From Lachnospiraceae bacterium (GTDB taxonomy: Bacteria; Bacillota; Clostridia; Lachnospirales; Lachnospiraceae), in NCBI GenBank assembly GCA_050309585.1, contig JBNRML010000073.1, positions 7,950-71,949 of the forward strand: DNA of 64,000 nucleotides. The letters are read 5' to 3'. Below are positions 27,401 to 37,800 of this stretch, piece by piece (the stretch's first letter is position 1; every line of letters begins with the position of its first letter). The position numbers were made by a program, and so were the translations under genes. Below the pieces are notes generated by a model. That model was not told the origin of the DNA. It saw nothing but the letters and a program-made list of their open reading frames with translations, and ran no database searches.

Positions 27401-29417
27401 CAGGTCTGTTTATGCCATCTACAGTTACAATGAATGAATTATTTGTGTTATCAAGTGTTACAGGATTATCTATTTTCGTATTCAATGTAATGCTTGCTGG
27501 TCTTGTTGCTGTACCTGTGTCCTTCACCGTCTGAACATTCTTAACTATATCTTCTCTGACAAAAATGTCATTATAGCCCGTATTTGTACCTGATTTTTCC
27601 ACCCTTACAGATGTGACACCGCTTCCTGTGATACTTGTTAACTTTATTTGATTGTTCACTACTCCCACTGACAGCTTACCTTTATATCCTGCCATTGCCG
27701 AGCTTCCGTCTAATTTATCATTAATTGCATCTCTGATACTGTTTACCGAAGAGTATGTTCCGGCATCCAGCTTAATGGTATATGTAGAAGAATTATCCAG
27801 CACAAGCTTAAACTCATCATTTATTCCAGCTGTAACAACCAATGGCAAATGGCTGGAATCAAAAACCTTTGCCCCTGTTACATATGCAGGTGAATCCGCC
27901 CTGCTTTCAGCATATGTCTGAGGATATGCATTGACAACAGCATAAGTTTGATCTGTAAACAATGTGTTATATGCACTTGAAGAAGTGTCAAACTCAATTT
28001 TACTGTCAATTCCTTCACTATTGGTTGTGATGCTCAGTCCCGAGTAATACTCATTACCATAACTGTTAACATATGCATTTACACCATTGTTCCTAAAAAG
28101 TCTCGTAAGGGTTTCTGCCATACCGCTTACGCTGTAATTCCCCTCCGGAATGGTTATTGTATTCATTATTCCACCATCAACACTAATCCCCAACTTGTTA
28201 TTTGTACTGTCAATGACAAAATGATTATTCTTTTCATCCGCCATTGAATTGGTAACAACAAGTCCGCCCTTAAATTCTGCAGGGCTCTGAATGGTGGTTC
28301 CATATTGAATATTATCATAAAAGACAGATGTGTATGACTCTCCTATAACATTTGAGTCCACTTTAAACATATTTCCTTTAAAGCCTGTTATAATGCAGGT
28401 ATCACTCTGAAGCTTAATGCTCTGTCCAGAAGCAACTGCCTGAATATCCTTTCCTGCACTTGTCAGCACGGAGTTCAGATAATCTATCATTTCCTTTCTT
28501 GTATATCCACCCTTTTTTTCTGGAATTGTAATATCCATTCCATCAGTATTGCCATTAAAGTCAAGAATGTCGAAATGCATGAAATCATTTTTTCCCGCAG
28601 CAATCTCCAACCCTTTGTTTTCATATGGAAATGTGGTTGTTCCAATCAATGCCCCCACACTTCCACCGTCATAAACGTCATTAAGTAAATAAGAAAGTTT
28701 TCCTGTAATACCCACAATTTCAGAACCACCTTCAAAATTCAGATTACAGGTTCCCTCCTTTGTATATTCCATATTAAATCCGTTATCTCTTACGCCTGCC
28801 TCTTCAAAAGCATCATCTAATTCATCAATAAGTTCCTGGGTTGTATAAATACCTGCGTCAACCTTAACCGTAAACTGTTCCTCCACGCCTCCCGGTTCCT
28901 TTATATATGACACAGTGAGAGTATTTTCACCATCATTAATAATATGCCTCTGGCTCTGACTCCACACTACATTTCCCGTGTGCTGGTAATATGTGGACTG
29001 ATGCTCTTCAAAAACATTTTTTGTGTTAAATTGTGTTGTACTGCCAATCTGGTCAATCTGAGACTGCAGCTCATCGAATTCCTGCTGAAGTGCTGCCCTG
29101 TCCGCATCCGTGTTTGAATCATTTAACGACTGGATCGTGATTTCAGACATCCTGTGCAAAATATCGTGGACCTCATTTAATGCACCATCTCCCGTCTGCA
29201 TCCAGCTTATTCCGTCCATGGCATTTCTTTCTCCTCGGTCCAGGCCACGTATCTGAGCACGCAAAGACTCAGAAATTGTCAGCCCTGCTGCATCATCTGC
29301 TGCCATGTTTATCCTGTAGCCTGAAGACAATTTTTGAGTAGACTTTGTTTTATTTTTTGTATTAATCTTATAATTTCTCTGAGCATCCATTGCTGCAAAG
29401 TTGTTTTGTATAATCAT
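24486..29417 (-). CDS. fliC: giant flagellin (~1643 aa) with multi-module hypervariable region
   Basis: N-terminal KLSSGYRINMAADDAAGLTISE and C-terminal RSEMGAVQNRLEH...AESRLRDTDMASEMV...AQAN flagellin domains flanking ~1350 aa of repeats; start reset to MIIQNN (AAGGA RBS). Confidence 0.93.
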   Translation of the reverse strand: MIIQNNFAAMDAQRNYKINTKNKTKSTQKLSSGYRINMAADDAAGLTISESLRAQIRGLDRGERNAMDGISWMQTGDGALNEVHDILHRMSEITIQSLNDSNTDADRAALQQEFDELQSQIDQIGSTTQFNTKNVFEEHQSTYYQHTGNVVWSQSQRHIINDGENTLTVSYIKEPGGVEEQFTVKVDAGIYTTQELIDELDDAFEEAGVRDNGFNMEYTKEGTCNLNFEGGSEIVGITGKLSYLLNDVYDGGSVGALIGTTTFPYENKGLEIAAGKNDFMHFDILDFNGNTDGMDITIPEKKGGYTRKEMIDYLNSVLTSAGKDIQAVASGQSIKLQSDTCIITGFKGNMFKVDSNVIGESYTSVFYDNIQYGTTIQSPAEFKGGLVVTNSMADEKNNHFVIDSTNNKLGISVDGGIMNTITIPEGNYSVSGMAETLTRLFRNNGVNAYVNSYGNEYYSGLSITTNSEGIDSKIEFDTSSSAYNTLFTDQTYAVVNAYPQTYAESRADSPAYVTGAKVFDSSHLPLVVTAGINDEFKLVLDNSSTYTIKLDAGTYSSVNSIRDAINDKLDGSSAMAGYKGKLSVGVVNNQIKLTSITGSGVTSVRVEKSGTNTGYNDIFVREDIVKNVQTVKDTGTATRPASITLNTKIDNPVTLDNTNNSFIVTVDGINRPVNLDSGTYTHDELVEKINEKLAEKIEKIPNTFTALNVYGTTTANSVTINGSGNTSVTPFSASNTGVSDTIQGIGGATAVNIPAMVTVTKPLGAKTVIDSSNNEFAISIEGDSGPSEKMIRLDAGEYTPEKLRDQIQKKIDEAFSKYYGGAKVSLDQNNQLVFTARTQGSDGKEYDGRYTYISINNNNGSFLRELFTTRTQAKAVSSKDMASSIKIDDSTNTFSFTYNDGMMVRNVNLTLSNNTYTPQTFANELNTQLAKQGIDVKASTSGNKLVLTSGAVGNGVSISYSNQNGKGGTSEIPLFGDVYTKAPATGTVNLTIKNPVVIDDNTNKYNIKVNGTTYNIDLDNGSYSQSGFVSMLNQKFRDGNVPVTASLNGGKITYTTTTKGADSSIYQSYTSMGSSAEALYGSTTKKTPGVTAEMTGDGKLKLTTIDNNKTIQVSSNNGGAFQSNTETINYVSPSAVAGYSSNDYAYIDGANITSPVDIYSYNKQLRFTFKDQGADKFVNIILPEKSYTFDELKTTLNTLLDNAVGSGKLEAKVDANGVRIECKKPGSTNTMRNFSGGFYYYVLCDTREYSTTVSVSNKAGTQSLSPAFAVGRRDIKNEMMVIERNVNDNLEFDLTYGNKVEKISVTIAAGNYSGDALVKELQEKINEELVKKGINEDFIKAQIGGVNTGVAGANDSNALCLIQNKNVNAPAEGDFIIDGVRGSAAFTIFYQSEGKMETAYVKGAKDLSGGVKIDNTNNQLNFEIDGTAYGIVLDEGDYTSDEIIKEINDKLTAQGASVQVKSDDGYLKMYYEKYGKHFIGNISGSAKSVLFFETQSAQDENHTLNLQLSGKGGTASANGNGRTGQDSMAFEKQILNTVELGINSVVITKPKYAEKALARLQKALDKVSEKRSEMGAVQNRLEHVVLGNQNTSENTQSAESRLRDTDMASEMVENSKLSILQQVGQSVIAQANASQEMVLQLLK

Positions 29418-29470
29418 AAATCCTTTTCTCCATAACCCTGTATTTATCACATACTAATACTAATACATAT

Positions 29471-29501
29471 GTATCGACATTTTTTAAAAAAAATAATATT
29501 A
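29471..29501 (-). promoter_or_regulatory. possible sigma28/sigmaD promoter for the flagellin
   Basis: -10-like GTCGATAC (consensus GCCGATAW) ~55 nt upstream of the ATG; the -35 TAAA is not at canonical spacing. Confidence 0.35.
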
Positions 29502-29508
29502 AACCAAT

Positions 29509-29553
29509 AAAAAACTGACGTTTCAGCCACATTCGCCAAAACATCAGCTTTTT
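29509..29553 (-). terminator. terminator after the MCP gene
   Basis: Inverted repeat ctgacgttt/aaacatcag flanked by A and T runs. Confidence 0.6.
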
Positions 29554-29562
29554 ATTCACACA

Positions 29563-31206
29563 TTAATTCATATATTTATCCAATGCTGAAACAGACTTCA
29601 TAAGCTCGCCCATAAGATTTCCTGCTTCTCTGGCCTTCTCATTTGTTCTGTCTCCCATCTCCACTGCCTGCTGTGTACTTACGGCAACTTCCTCACTGAC
29701 TGCTGATATCTGAGTGATACTGTCAACAATAACATTGTTTGACTGAAGAATTTCTTCAATCTTGTTGTAGATACCCTGAACATTTTCGTTGAGGATATCC
29801 ATTCTGTTTCCAATTCCCTCAAACTGCTTATCAGCCTCTGCAATAAGTTCGTATTCCGTATTTGCTGTCTCCATAACATCATCAACTGTTGTCTTTGCAG
29901 CACTTGCATTTTCCTCAAGTTGGACAACAATATTTTTAATTCCTTCAGTAAGCTCCCTTGTCTGTTCAGCCAGCTTCCTGATTTCATCAGCTACTACCGC
30001 AAAGCCTCTTCCGGCCTCACCTGCTCTGGCACTTTCAATAGACGCATTCAACGCAAGAAGGTTTGTCTGGCTTGAAATTGCAAAAATCTGTGTGGTAATT
30101 TCTTCAACCTCATTTGCATTCTTAATAAGATTTGTAACTGACTCAACAACTTTTTCATTAGCCTCTTTAGAGTGTTTAGCCTGTCTCTGAAGATTGTCAA
30201 CGGATTCTTTACCACCCTTAACTGCCTCTGCTGACTGCTTAGAAAGAGCAAGCATTTCATTTGACATCTCCTTGGTATTCAGAATCATTTCCTGAATGTT
30301 GCTTGTCATGATTGTCTGCTGTTCAATACTCTCGGCATTACTGTTATTACCCTGTGAAATATCACTGAGTGCTACCGCTGTAGTATCAATGTCCTTGCCT
30401 AATTCTGTTATGTAATTATTTGCCTTTTCTGTGTTTGTTCTGACCACATCTGCCACCTTAAGAACTGCATCCAAAAGTTCTGTGCTCTTTTCCTTCTCTT
30501 CCTTAAGGTCTTTAATCTTGAGTGCATTATTCTTATTAGAAATATATGTTGTTCCACACAATACAATCAAAAATACTATAACAGGAGCTCCCTGTAAAAT
30601 CAGTGATGTACTGTTAATCTCCGCACCACTGTGCATATGTTTCATAATAGCTGCAACATATATGATATCCGCAATGTTTGCAACTCCGAATACTGCTGAA
30701 ATAATGGCAATAACTTTGAAGTCGTAATACAGAACATAAATAACCGTTATCGGGAATACTATCAAAAATACCAAATCATTCTTTGCTCCAAATAAAGCAA
30801 TTATATACACTGCAAAATAACCAAGAATAGAAACATACCTAAATGTCTTTGAATCTCTTCTAATAAAATAAACCACATAGTCTGCAATCATTGAAACCAC
30901 GACACATCCTACTACTGCTGCCGCAAAACCAATTACAATATTACCTTTTGTGTAATCAAAAATATATCCGGCAGCCATAATCAAATCAATAAGGGTTATG
31001 ATAGCCAATGCAAATTTATTAACTGACTTTTCATATCCGTATGTTTTTTTTGTTTTTTCCTTCTTCTCCTTTGGCTTCTTTTCAGCCTTTTTCTTTTTCT
31101 CTTTCTTATTTTCTTCTGAAGGCTTAACGTCCGGGTTATCAGCCTCTTCTAATACTGTAGTCACATCCTCAGCATTTTCTTCAAACAATTCTTTGTTTTC
31201 ATCCAT
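29563..31206 (-). CDS. methyl-accepting chemotaxis protein
   Basis: Multiple N-terminal TM segments; [40 protein letters not shown] signalling hairpin. Confidence 0.95.
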   Translation of the reverse strand: MDENKELFEENAEDVTTVLEEADNPDVKPSEENKKEKKKKAEKKPKEKKEKTKKTYGYEKSVNKFALAIITLIDLIMAAGYIFDYTKGNIVIGFAAAVVGCVVVSMIADYVVYFIRRDSKTFRYVSILGYFAVYIIALFGAKNDLVFLIVFPITVIYVLYYDFKVIAIISAVFGVANIADIIYVAAIMKHMHSGAEINSTSLILQGAPVIVFLIVLCGTTYISNKNNALKIKDLKEEKEKSTELLDAVLKVADVVRTNTEKANNYITELGKDIDTTAVALSDISQGNNSNAESIEQQTIMTSNIQEMILNTKEMSNEMLALSKQSAEAVKGGKESVDNLQRQAKHSKEANEKVVESVTNLIKNANEVEEITTQIFAISSQTNLLALNASIESARAGEAGRGFAVVADEIRKLAEQTRELTEGIKNIVVQLEENASAAKTTVDDVMETANTEYELIAEADKQFEGIGNRMDILNENVQGIYNKIEEILQSNNVIVDSITQISAVSEEVAVSTQQAVEMGDRTNEKAREAGNLMGELMKSVSALDKYMN

Positions 31207-31370
31207 AGCTCATTTCTCCTTCTTCACGTACTTAAAAATTTCCCGTCTCACAATTATGTCTGCAAGAATCGAAAAGACTGCTTATATTATACCCTTTTTT
31301 ATGTCATAAAGCAACAAAAAAGTGTTCATTTCACTGAATACTTTTAGTAATATTTACGCTTATTTTTTAT

Positions 31371-32714
31371 TTATTCTTTTTCTTTTATATAACATGAGGA
31401 TAAAATACCCAAAAATACAAAAGAATACACTGTTGTGATGTGCATAGTGTTGCCAAAAAAAGCCGAGACGCAATATGCAAACACCAGAATACCCGCCCCC
31501 ATTATCCACTCTGGTAAACTTTTTACTCTTTTTATACAATGAATAAATATGGTAATTAATGCTCCCAGATAAAAAATCAATGCCGGAATCCCCAAAAAGG
31601 CAGCATACTGAATATACTCATTATGTGGTCTGTCATTAAGACACCCATCCCCAAAGTATTTATTTCCAAGTCCTTCAGGTCCATAACCCAATACCGGTTT
31701 TTCTGTTATATATTTAATTCCGTATTTCCACAGCTTAATTCTTCCACTTCCTGCCTCATCATCACTTGTAATATTTCCTGCATCCTTATAGGTTACAGAC
31801 ATATTCGCCACAACTCTGCCGTTAACAAAATTCATACAGGCAGACACTAAAATAACTATTCCCATTGCGGCAAGTGCTCTGACAAAATATTTTTTGCCCC
31901 TGAATGCAAACAAAACACATCCAAAGAGCCCACCGAATAAAACAGCCAGATAACATCCAAATGTATCATTTACAATCAGTGACCATATATTAAATGCCAG
32001 TGTAATCCCTGCTACACTTCTCAGCGCTTTATTTTTTTCCACCACAACAAGAACTACGAGACACATAATTCCCATGGTCATTAAATATGCAAAGTGATTT
32101 GTATTGTTATAGATTCCCGAATACTCCATACAATATTTAAAATTTCTCTGCCTGCTCTCATAAAATGGTTTAAATACTTTAAAATACTGTATTACAGTAA
32201 TTATAGAAAGAGACGAAACAGAGTATGCCATAATCCTAAATAACAATAATCTGTATTTTTTAGAGGTCACAGCTCTTCCACACACATACATTGCCGCGTA
32301 TACAAAATATGTAAGTAATCCGTCCTTCCTGTACAACGTTCCATACATCGCCAGATATCTGTCTTCTGCTGAAAGTGAAGAAATCACTGCCCACACTAAC
32401 ATTAATAGCAAGAAAACATCCCATATATGATTCTTTATCAGTCCCTTAAAATCAAACTTTTCTCTGCCGTAAAATGCGGAAAGCACATAAAAAATCGCAA
32501 AAATTTCTCCTGCTCCCCCCACAACATAATACAAATTTATATACAGATTAAAATATGCAGAAGGGACAATTAATCTATATGCCCCTTCTACCACCAATAG
32601 AATTATCATTGTGGACAAAATGAAAAATCCACATTTCTCATAAAAACCATCAGGCACTTTCTCATATATTTCTTTAAAACCAAAATCTTCTTTTTTTTCT
32701 TTATTTTTACTCAT
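31371..32714 (-). CDS. O-antigen ligase / Wzy_C family membrane protein
   Basis: ~11-12 TM segments; GSGRIKLW, LGYGP, RPHNEYIQYAAFLGIPAL; NTNHFA. Confidence 0.88.
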   Translation of the reverse strand: MSKNKEKKEDFGFKEIYEKVPDGFYEKCGFFILSTMIILLVVEGAYRLIVPSAYFNLYINLYYVVGGAGEIFAIFYVLSAFYGREKFDFKGLIKNHIWDVFLLLMLVWAVISSLSAEDRYLAMYGTLYRKDGLLTYFVYAAMYVCGRAVTSKKYRLLLFRIMAYSVSSLSIITVIQYFKVFKPFYESRQRNFKYCMEYSGIYNNTNHFAYLMTMGIMCLVVLVVVEKNKALRSVAGITLAFNIWSLIVNDTFGCYLAVLFGGLFGCVLFAFRGKKYFVRALAAMGIVILVSACMNFVNGRVVANMSVTYKDAGNITSDDEAGSGRIKLWKYGIKYITEKPVLGYGPEGLGNKYFGDGCLNDRPHNEYIQYAAFLGIPALIFYLGALITIFIHCIKRVKSLPEWIMGAGILVFAYCVSAFFGNTMHITTVYSFVFLGILSSCYIKEKE

Positions 32715-32726
32715 ACTTTTCAGTTC

Positions 32727-34826
32727 CTATTTTGATATATAGCAGTTTTTTGTGCTTCCCGGAGCTGCTCCACCTTTTTTAACAAGTCTGATTTCTATGG
32801 CCTCTAATCGCTTTGCATAACCCGCTGTACCGGCCGGTGCACCATTTTTCGCCCAGCCAAGCCAGCCATAGGTCTGTGCGTGTACACGATAATAGACATC
32901 ATAATAATTTGCAATATCGCCTGTCAGTTTTATTTCTATTGCCTCAAGACGTTTTGCCTGACCTGTTGTTCCACTAAGGTTATTGTTACTTACAAATCCC
33001 ATCCAGCCATATGTCTGTACATGTGTCCTGTAACTGATTCCTCCACTTATGGACGCAGAATCCAATTTAATCTTTATACCCTCAAGTCTTAATGCCTTTC
33101 CTGCAGTTCCAGCCATTGCACCATCCTTAACATAGCTCTGCCAGCCTATCTTCTGAACATGAGTAGTATATGACACAGACGGATTTTTTACTGTCACCTT
33201 ACACACCGCCGTCTTTAATCCATCTCTTGTTTTCGCTGTTATGGTTGCTGAACCCTGACCGACACCGGTAACCACTCCCGTACTGCTTACAGTGGCCACT
33301 GAGGAATTTGAGGTCGACCAAATTATTGACTTATTTGTAGCATTGGCAGGGGCAATAATAGGTACCAGCTGGGTTTTTCCGCAGGTCGTAAGCACCGCTG
33401 ATGTCTTATTTAGCGACAGCCCCGTCACCGCTATATTTTGATCGCTCACGGTAATCACACATTGTGCCGTTCTGTTTCCATCCTCCGAAGTTGCAATTAT
33501 GGATGCAGAACCAAGACCTACGGCAGTGACAAGACCCGTATACTTATTAACTGTAACCACATTTTTATTTGTGGTCCTATATGTTACTGTCTTGTTATTT
33601 GCATTTGATGGTAATACAGTTGCAGTTAATTTTACCTGTTTTCCCACATCCGTGAGAGTATATGTAGAATAATTCATGCTGACTCCCGTGGCTTTTACTG
33701 TACTTCTATCACCACTTAAGGTCAGTATTTTTTCATTTCCACAGGTGCTGTATCCATAAGATACACTTCCTGTGATTCCCAATCTGTTGATTATCGTATT
33801 TATATTACTCTGTACCCATGGCCAGAAGTTGTCCGTGTTACAATAAAAGTACATATCCGCCGTTAAATCTTTATTCAAGGCCTTAACCACATTATCCACA
33901 GTAAGTGCTGAGAATAAATACAGATTCATTACCTTAAAATAATTTGCCTGCGTATAATTTGTAGTCGGAATGTAATATGGCATATCTGGTTTATGGTCTC
34001 TTGACATCTCGCTGTATGATAAATTGAAATATGCATGATATGTTTTAGTTGACTGGTCATCCCAGGTCAAATCTACATAATAATATCCATTGTCAATCTT
34101 AACCATATTCCATGCATGTCCGCCGCCTGCCTGACCCTCAATATTTGATGACAATATACCTACTTTATATAATGCATACTGAAAGGCCCTTGAATATCCC
34201 TCGCATACAGCCTTTCCGTCAACAAGTGCCCCGTAAGCACTGTGGCTTTTATCACCTGTGTCAACATATGTAATCTTATTAGCCAGCCTGTCGTGTATCA
34301 ATAATTCTCGTTCAAACTCGCTCATGGATGCATCTATTCCACTAATAATACTTGCAACAGCAGAGTTAAATGCCGACTTAGCAGATGCAAGCTGTCCCTT
34401 ACTTATGATATACGAATAAGAAAGACTTATTATCTTTGAATCACTTGAATTATATGAATACGAATACCCCGTTCCCCTCCAGAAGTGCTGCGGATAATCA
34501 TTTGCATATGCCGATGTAACTATTTTTAGCTGTTCCTTTGTTATACGCCTTGAAGCATCCGTAAATTCTATTTTTGCCTCATATTTTTCCACACCTGCTG
34601 CAATTTTATCATACGCATACAGCAGATTTGCACTGTTAGCCATAGTGGCAAGCCTTGAACGTCCATAATAATTTGCCTTATTTACCTCTGTGAGTGCAGG
34701 CAGGGCAGCATATGCCTTTACCTGATACTTCACAAATCCATTACCCGAAACATTAAAAACCATCAAAATGGTTAAAATCAGAATTGATAAAGTTTTTATC
34801 CTACTATTATTTTTTTTCATACTCAT
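32727..34826 (-). CDS. secreted transglutaminase-like protein with two Big_2 Ig domains and ClW repeats
   Basis: Signal peptide; triad AVCEGYS / GHAWNMV / YVDLTWD; WSTSNSSVATVSSTGVVTGV (Big_2); three THVQxxGW...RLEAIEI repeats. Start 34826 (GGAGGA RBS). Confidence 0.88.
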   Translation of the reverse strand: MSMKKNNSRIKTLSILILTILMVFNVSGNGFVKYQVKAYAALPALTEVNKANYYGRSRLATMANSANLLYAYDKIAAGVEKYEAKIEFTDASRRITKEQLKIVTSAYANDYPQHFWRGTGYSYSYNSSDSKIISLSYSYIISKGQLASAKSAFNSAVASIISGIDASMSEFERELLIHDRLANKITYVDTGDKSHSAYGALVDGKAVCEGYSRAFQYALYKVGILSSNIEGQAGGGHAWNMVKIDNGYYYVDLTWDDQSTKTYHAYFNLSYSEMSRDHKPDMPYYIPTTNYTQANYFKVMNLYLFSALTVDNVVKALNKDLTADMYFYCNTDNFWPWVQSNINTIINRLGITGSVSYGYSTCGNEKILTLSGDRSTVKATGVSMNYSTYTLTDVGKQVKLTATVLPSNANNKTVTYRTTNKNVVTVNKYTGLVTAVGLGSASIIATSEDGNRTAQCVITVSDQNIAVTGLSLNKTSAVLTTCGKTQLVPIIAPANATNKSIIWSTSNSSVATVSSTGVVTGVGQGSATITAKTRDGLKTAVCKVTVKNPSVSYTTHVQKIGWQSYVKDGAMAGTAGKALRLEGIKIKLDSASISGGISYRTHVQTYGWMGFVSNNNLSGTTGQAKRLEAIEIKLTGDIANYYDVYYRVHAQTYGWLGWAKNGAPAGTAGYAKRLEAIEIRLVKKGGAAPGSTKNCYISK

Positions 34827-34862
34827 CACGCATCCTCCTCCTTTTATCATACAGAAACGTTA

Positions 34863-37800
34863 TCAGTTCCCCACAACAACAGTTACTGAGTTACTTTTTA
34901 CTATTTCCCCCTTTTCATTTTTCACATACACGGTAAATATCTTTGTTCCCACACTGGTAAGAGGACCTGTGTATGACAACACATTGGAATATTTTTTTAA
35001 CACAATTGTTGCACCAGTCTTAACATTTAACATTTCATACTGGTATGTGTACGTGCCTGCCTCTCCTGTTATGCAAGGAACAAGCTTTACACTGTCTCCC
35101 ACAGTCATATTTACAGTTCCTGTTTTTTCATTAACCTTTAATTCCACTGAAAAAGATGCCTTTTTCGCTACAACAACTGTTACAGAATTACTTGTGACTA
35201 TTTTTCCAGTTCCGTCCTTAACATTTACCGTGAAAATTTTCGTTCCTGCACTGGTAAGTGGACCAGTGTATTTTGCAAGTGTTGTATATCCAGTCAACTC
35301 ATGATTTTTTCCTGTGTTTACATTTTTCATTATGTACTGATATTTGTATCCTCCATTGCCACCTGACACAACTGGAGTTAATACGACGCTATCACCTACA
35401 GTCATATTTACTGTTCCTGTTTTTCCATTGGCAGACAGCTTAACACTCATTACATTTTCCACATTTACCGTGACAGAGTTGCTGGATATTACTTTTCCAC
35501 TACTATCCTTAACATTTACAGTAAAAATCTTTGTTCCTGCACCGGTAAGAGGACCTGTATATGACAATGCACTGCTGTAATCCTTTAAAACAATGGTGAC
35601 GCCTGTCTTAACATTTTTCATTATATACTGGTATTCATAGCTTCTTGTACCACCGGATGCCGTTGGAACAATAGTCACACTTCCGCCAACCGAAAGATTT
35701 AATGTATCACTTGTGTTATTTACCTTCAAATCACATGAAAGAGGTATTATTGTTCTGCTGATTTTTAATGGTTCCTTTTGCAAGGCCGTCAACTCTTTGT
35801 AGTTGCTGGCAAAATATGTGTCTTCGCCTATCTTTGAGGCAAACGCAGTAACCTTCACATAATAATCTTTCTCACCGTTATACTTTGCCTCTGGAAAAGT
35901 CCAGCTATTTGATTTTACCTTTCCAAAATACTCATATTCCCCATCATAACTTTCTGATATGTATATGTAATAATACCCAAACGTTCCCAAAACACCTGAA
36001 TAGGCATCCCAGCTAACAACAGGTAATTCCGAGGTTATTTCATACTTCAGGTTATCAAGTTCAGGTTTTCTAACCAAAGCACTAACTGTCACCGAATTTC
36101 CTTCCACATTTTTTTCATCAACAATGCTATACGGCTTTACCCAGTATACATACTCATTTAACTCATCTGATGCCTTAAATTCCTCACTGTACACAAGCTG
36201 TTCGGTTCTGTTTACATTCTTCATTAAATCGTAAGAGCGTGTATCACTGTTATATTTGTAAACCTCATAAAAGTCTATATCATCTATGCTATTCCATGTA
36301 AATCTGACTTCATCACATACACTTCCGTCAACTGTAATTACAGGAGCTGGTGACTTTACGAGAATACTATCTGAAACCGACGTTGATGAGCTCTCAGTCA
36401 CTCCATTAATTAAATAATTCACGGCAACCTTAAAATATGTTTTTTGGTTGTATTTTATTTCCACTGCATATGATGTGTCCTTTATATCATGAATTTCATC
36501 ATAATTTACACCATCCATCGAATAGAAAAGTGTATAGGACTCTGCACCCTGAACCTCTTCCCAACTTACAACTGCCGATTTACTTTGTTCCGCAACGGAG
36601 GTTATAACCGTTCCTGGCAAATCCGTACTGATACTCTTTATTATCGAAAAATCCGTATACTGTTTTATACCAGACTCATCCGTCACACCTCTCACCTTGT
36701 AATAATATTTTTTACCAGGCTCAACCATATTATCAACATATACATTATCGTAAGTAGGTGCAATCAACGAATAATCCCCATTTACACTTTCGCACCTGTA
36801 AAGCTCATATTGCAAATCTTCCGAAGGCTTATTCCACTCAATACTCACACTGTTAAGTCCTGTCTGCACCAATTCTGTTATCTCCGGTGCCTCGCTTATT
36901 CCGTCATCAACATTTGTGAATGCCTTAATGCACACATTTATCTTGCTGCTTGACATCGGATACTTCTGGTACAAATCCACAAGATTTGTTCCGTCAACAG
37001 AATAATAGCTTTCATTGTTTGCGTTTGCATTATTATATTCAGTGTAGCTGTCAGAATGATACGAATACTCAATTGCAGTACTTTTATCAAAAGTAATTAC
37101 AACAGCAAATGTATCTCCCTCATTAAGCTTAACTGCATTCGGCAACGTCACAGTATAATATCCCGCGTAGGTTGTAGAACCGGTAACAGGCTGTTCCAAA
37201 AGAGGTTCTCCACTTTCGGGATTATCAGTTCCCGTGAAATTTCCATTTTCATCTTCCACATCAAGGGTCGGATTTTTATAAATTTGAATAGAATAGTTTC
37301 GCACTGCGTCCCTTGTTGCAAAGGATACCGCATTCAAATTCTGGTTTCCTGTACCCTCAGGTACCGTAAATACATTTGCATATTTCTTACTGCTTAAGAA
37401 AACTTCTCCACTGGCATAGATTAATCCCTCGCCAAAATATGTGTTTCCATCATATTGATAATTGTAATCAAAAAATCCTGCCGGTGCCACTTCAAAAATA
37501 GTACCATTTGCGATATTATTTCCAATGTCATAATATGAAATCCACATATATCCCTGGTCGTGCCAGCCTGTTCCCCAGCTGTTTTTTATAAGCCATGCAC
37601 CATCACCCTCAGGGACATGTGTTCCATTTTCATCTGTCAACGCAAAATTGTCCTTGCTGATACTGTCATCCCATCCCACTATTGTTATAGCGTGATTGCA
37701 GGATTTAAGCTCATAATTGTAAAAATAATTACCGTTTCTGTACTTATCATCATCGTAATAATATGTCGCCAAAGCTCCATTTTCCATAATCGCTCTTTTT

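Noticed and set aside
24900-28980. Flagellinolysin (metallopeptidase-bearing flagellin)
   Set aside because: No HExxH zinc motif in the hypervariable region.
29479-29493. T6/A8 runs in the putative flagellin promoter spacer as a phase-variation tract
   Set aside because: The runs are short and unremarkable for this AT content, and the promoter itself is uncertain.
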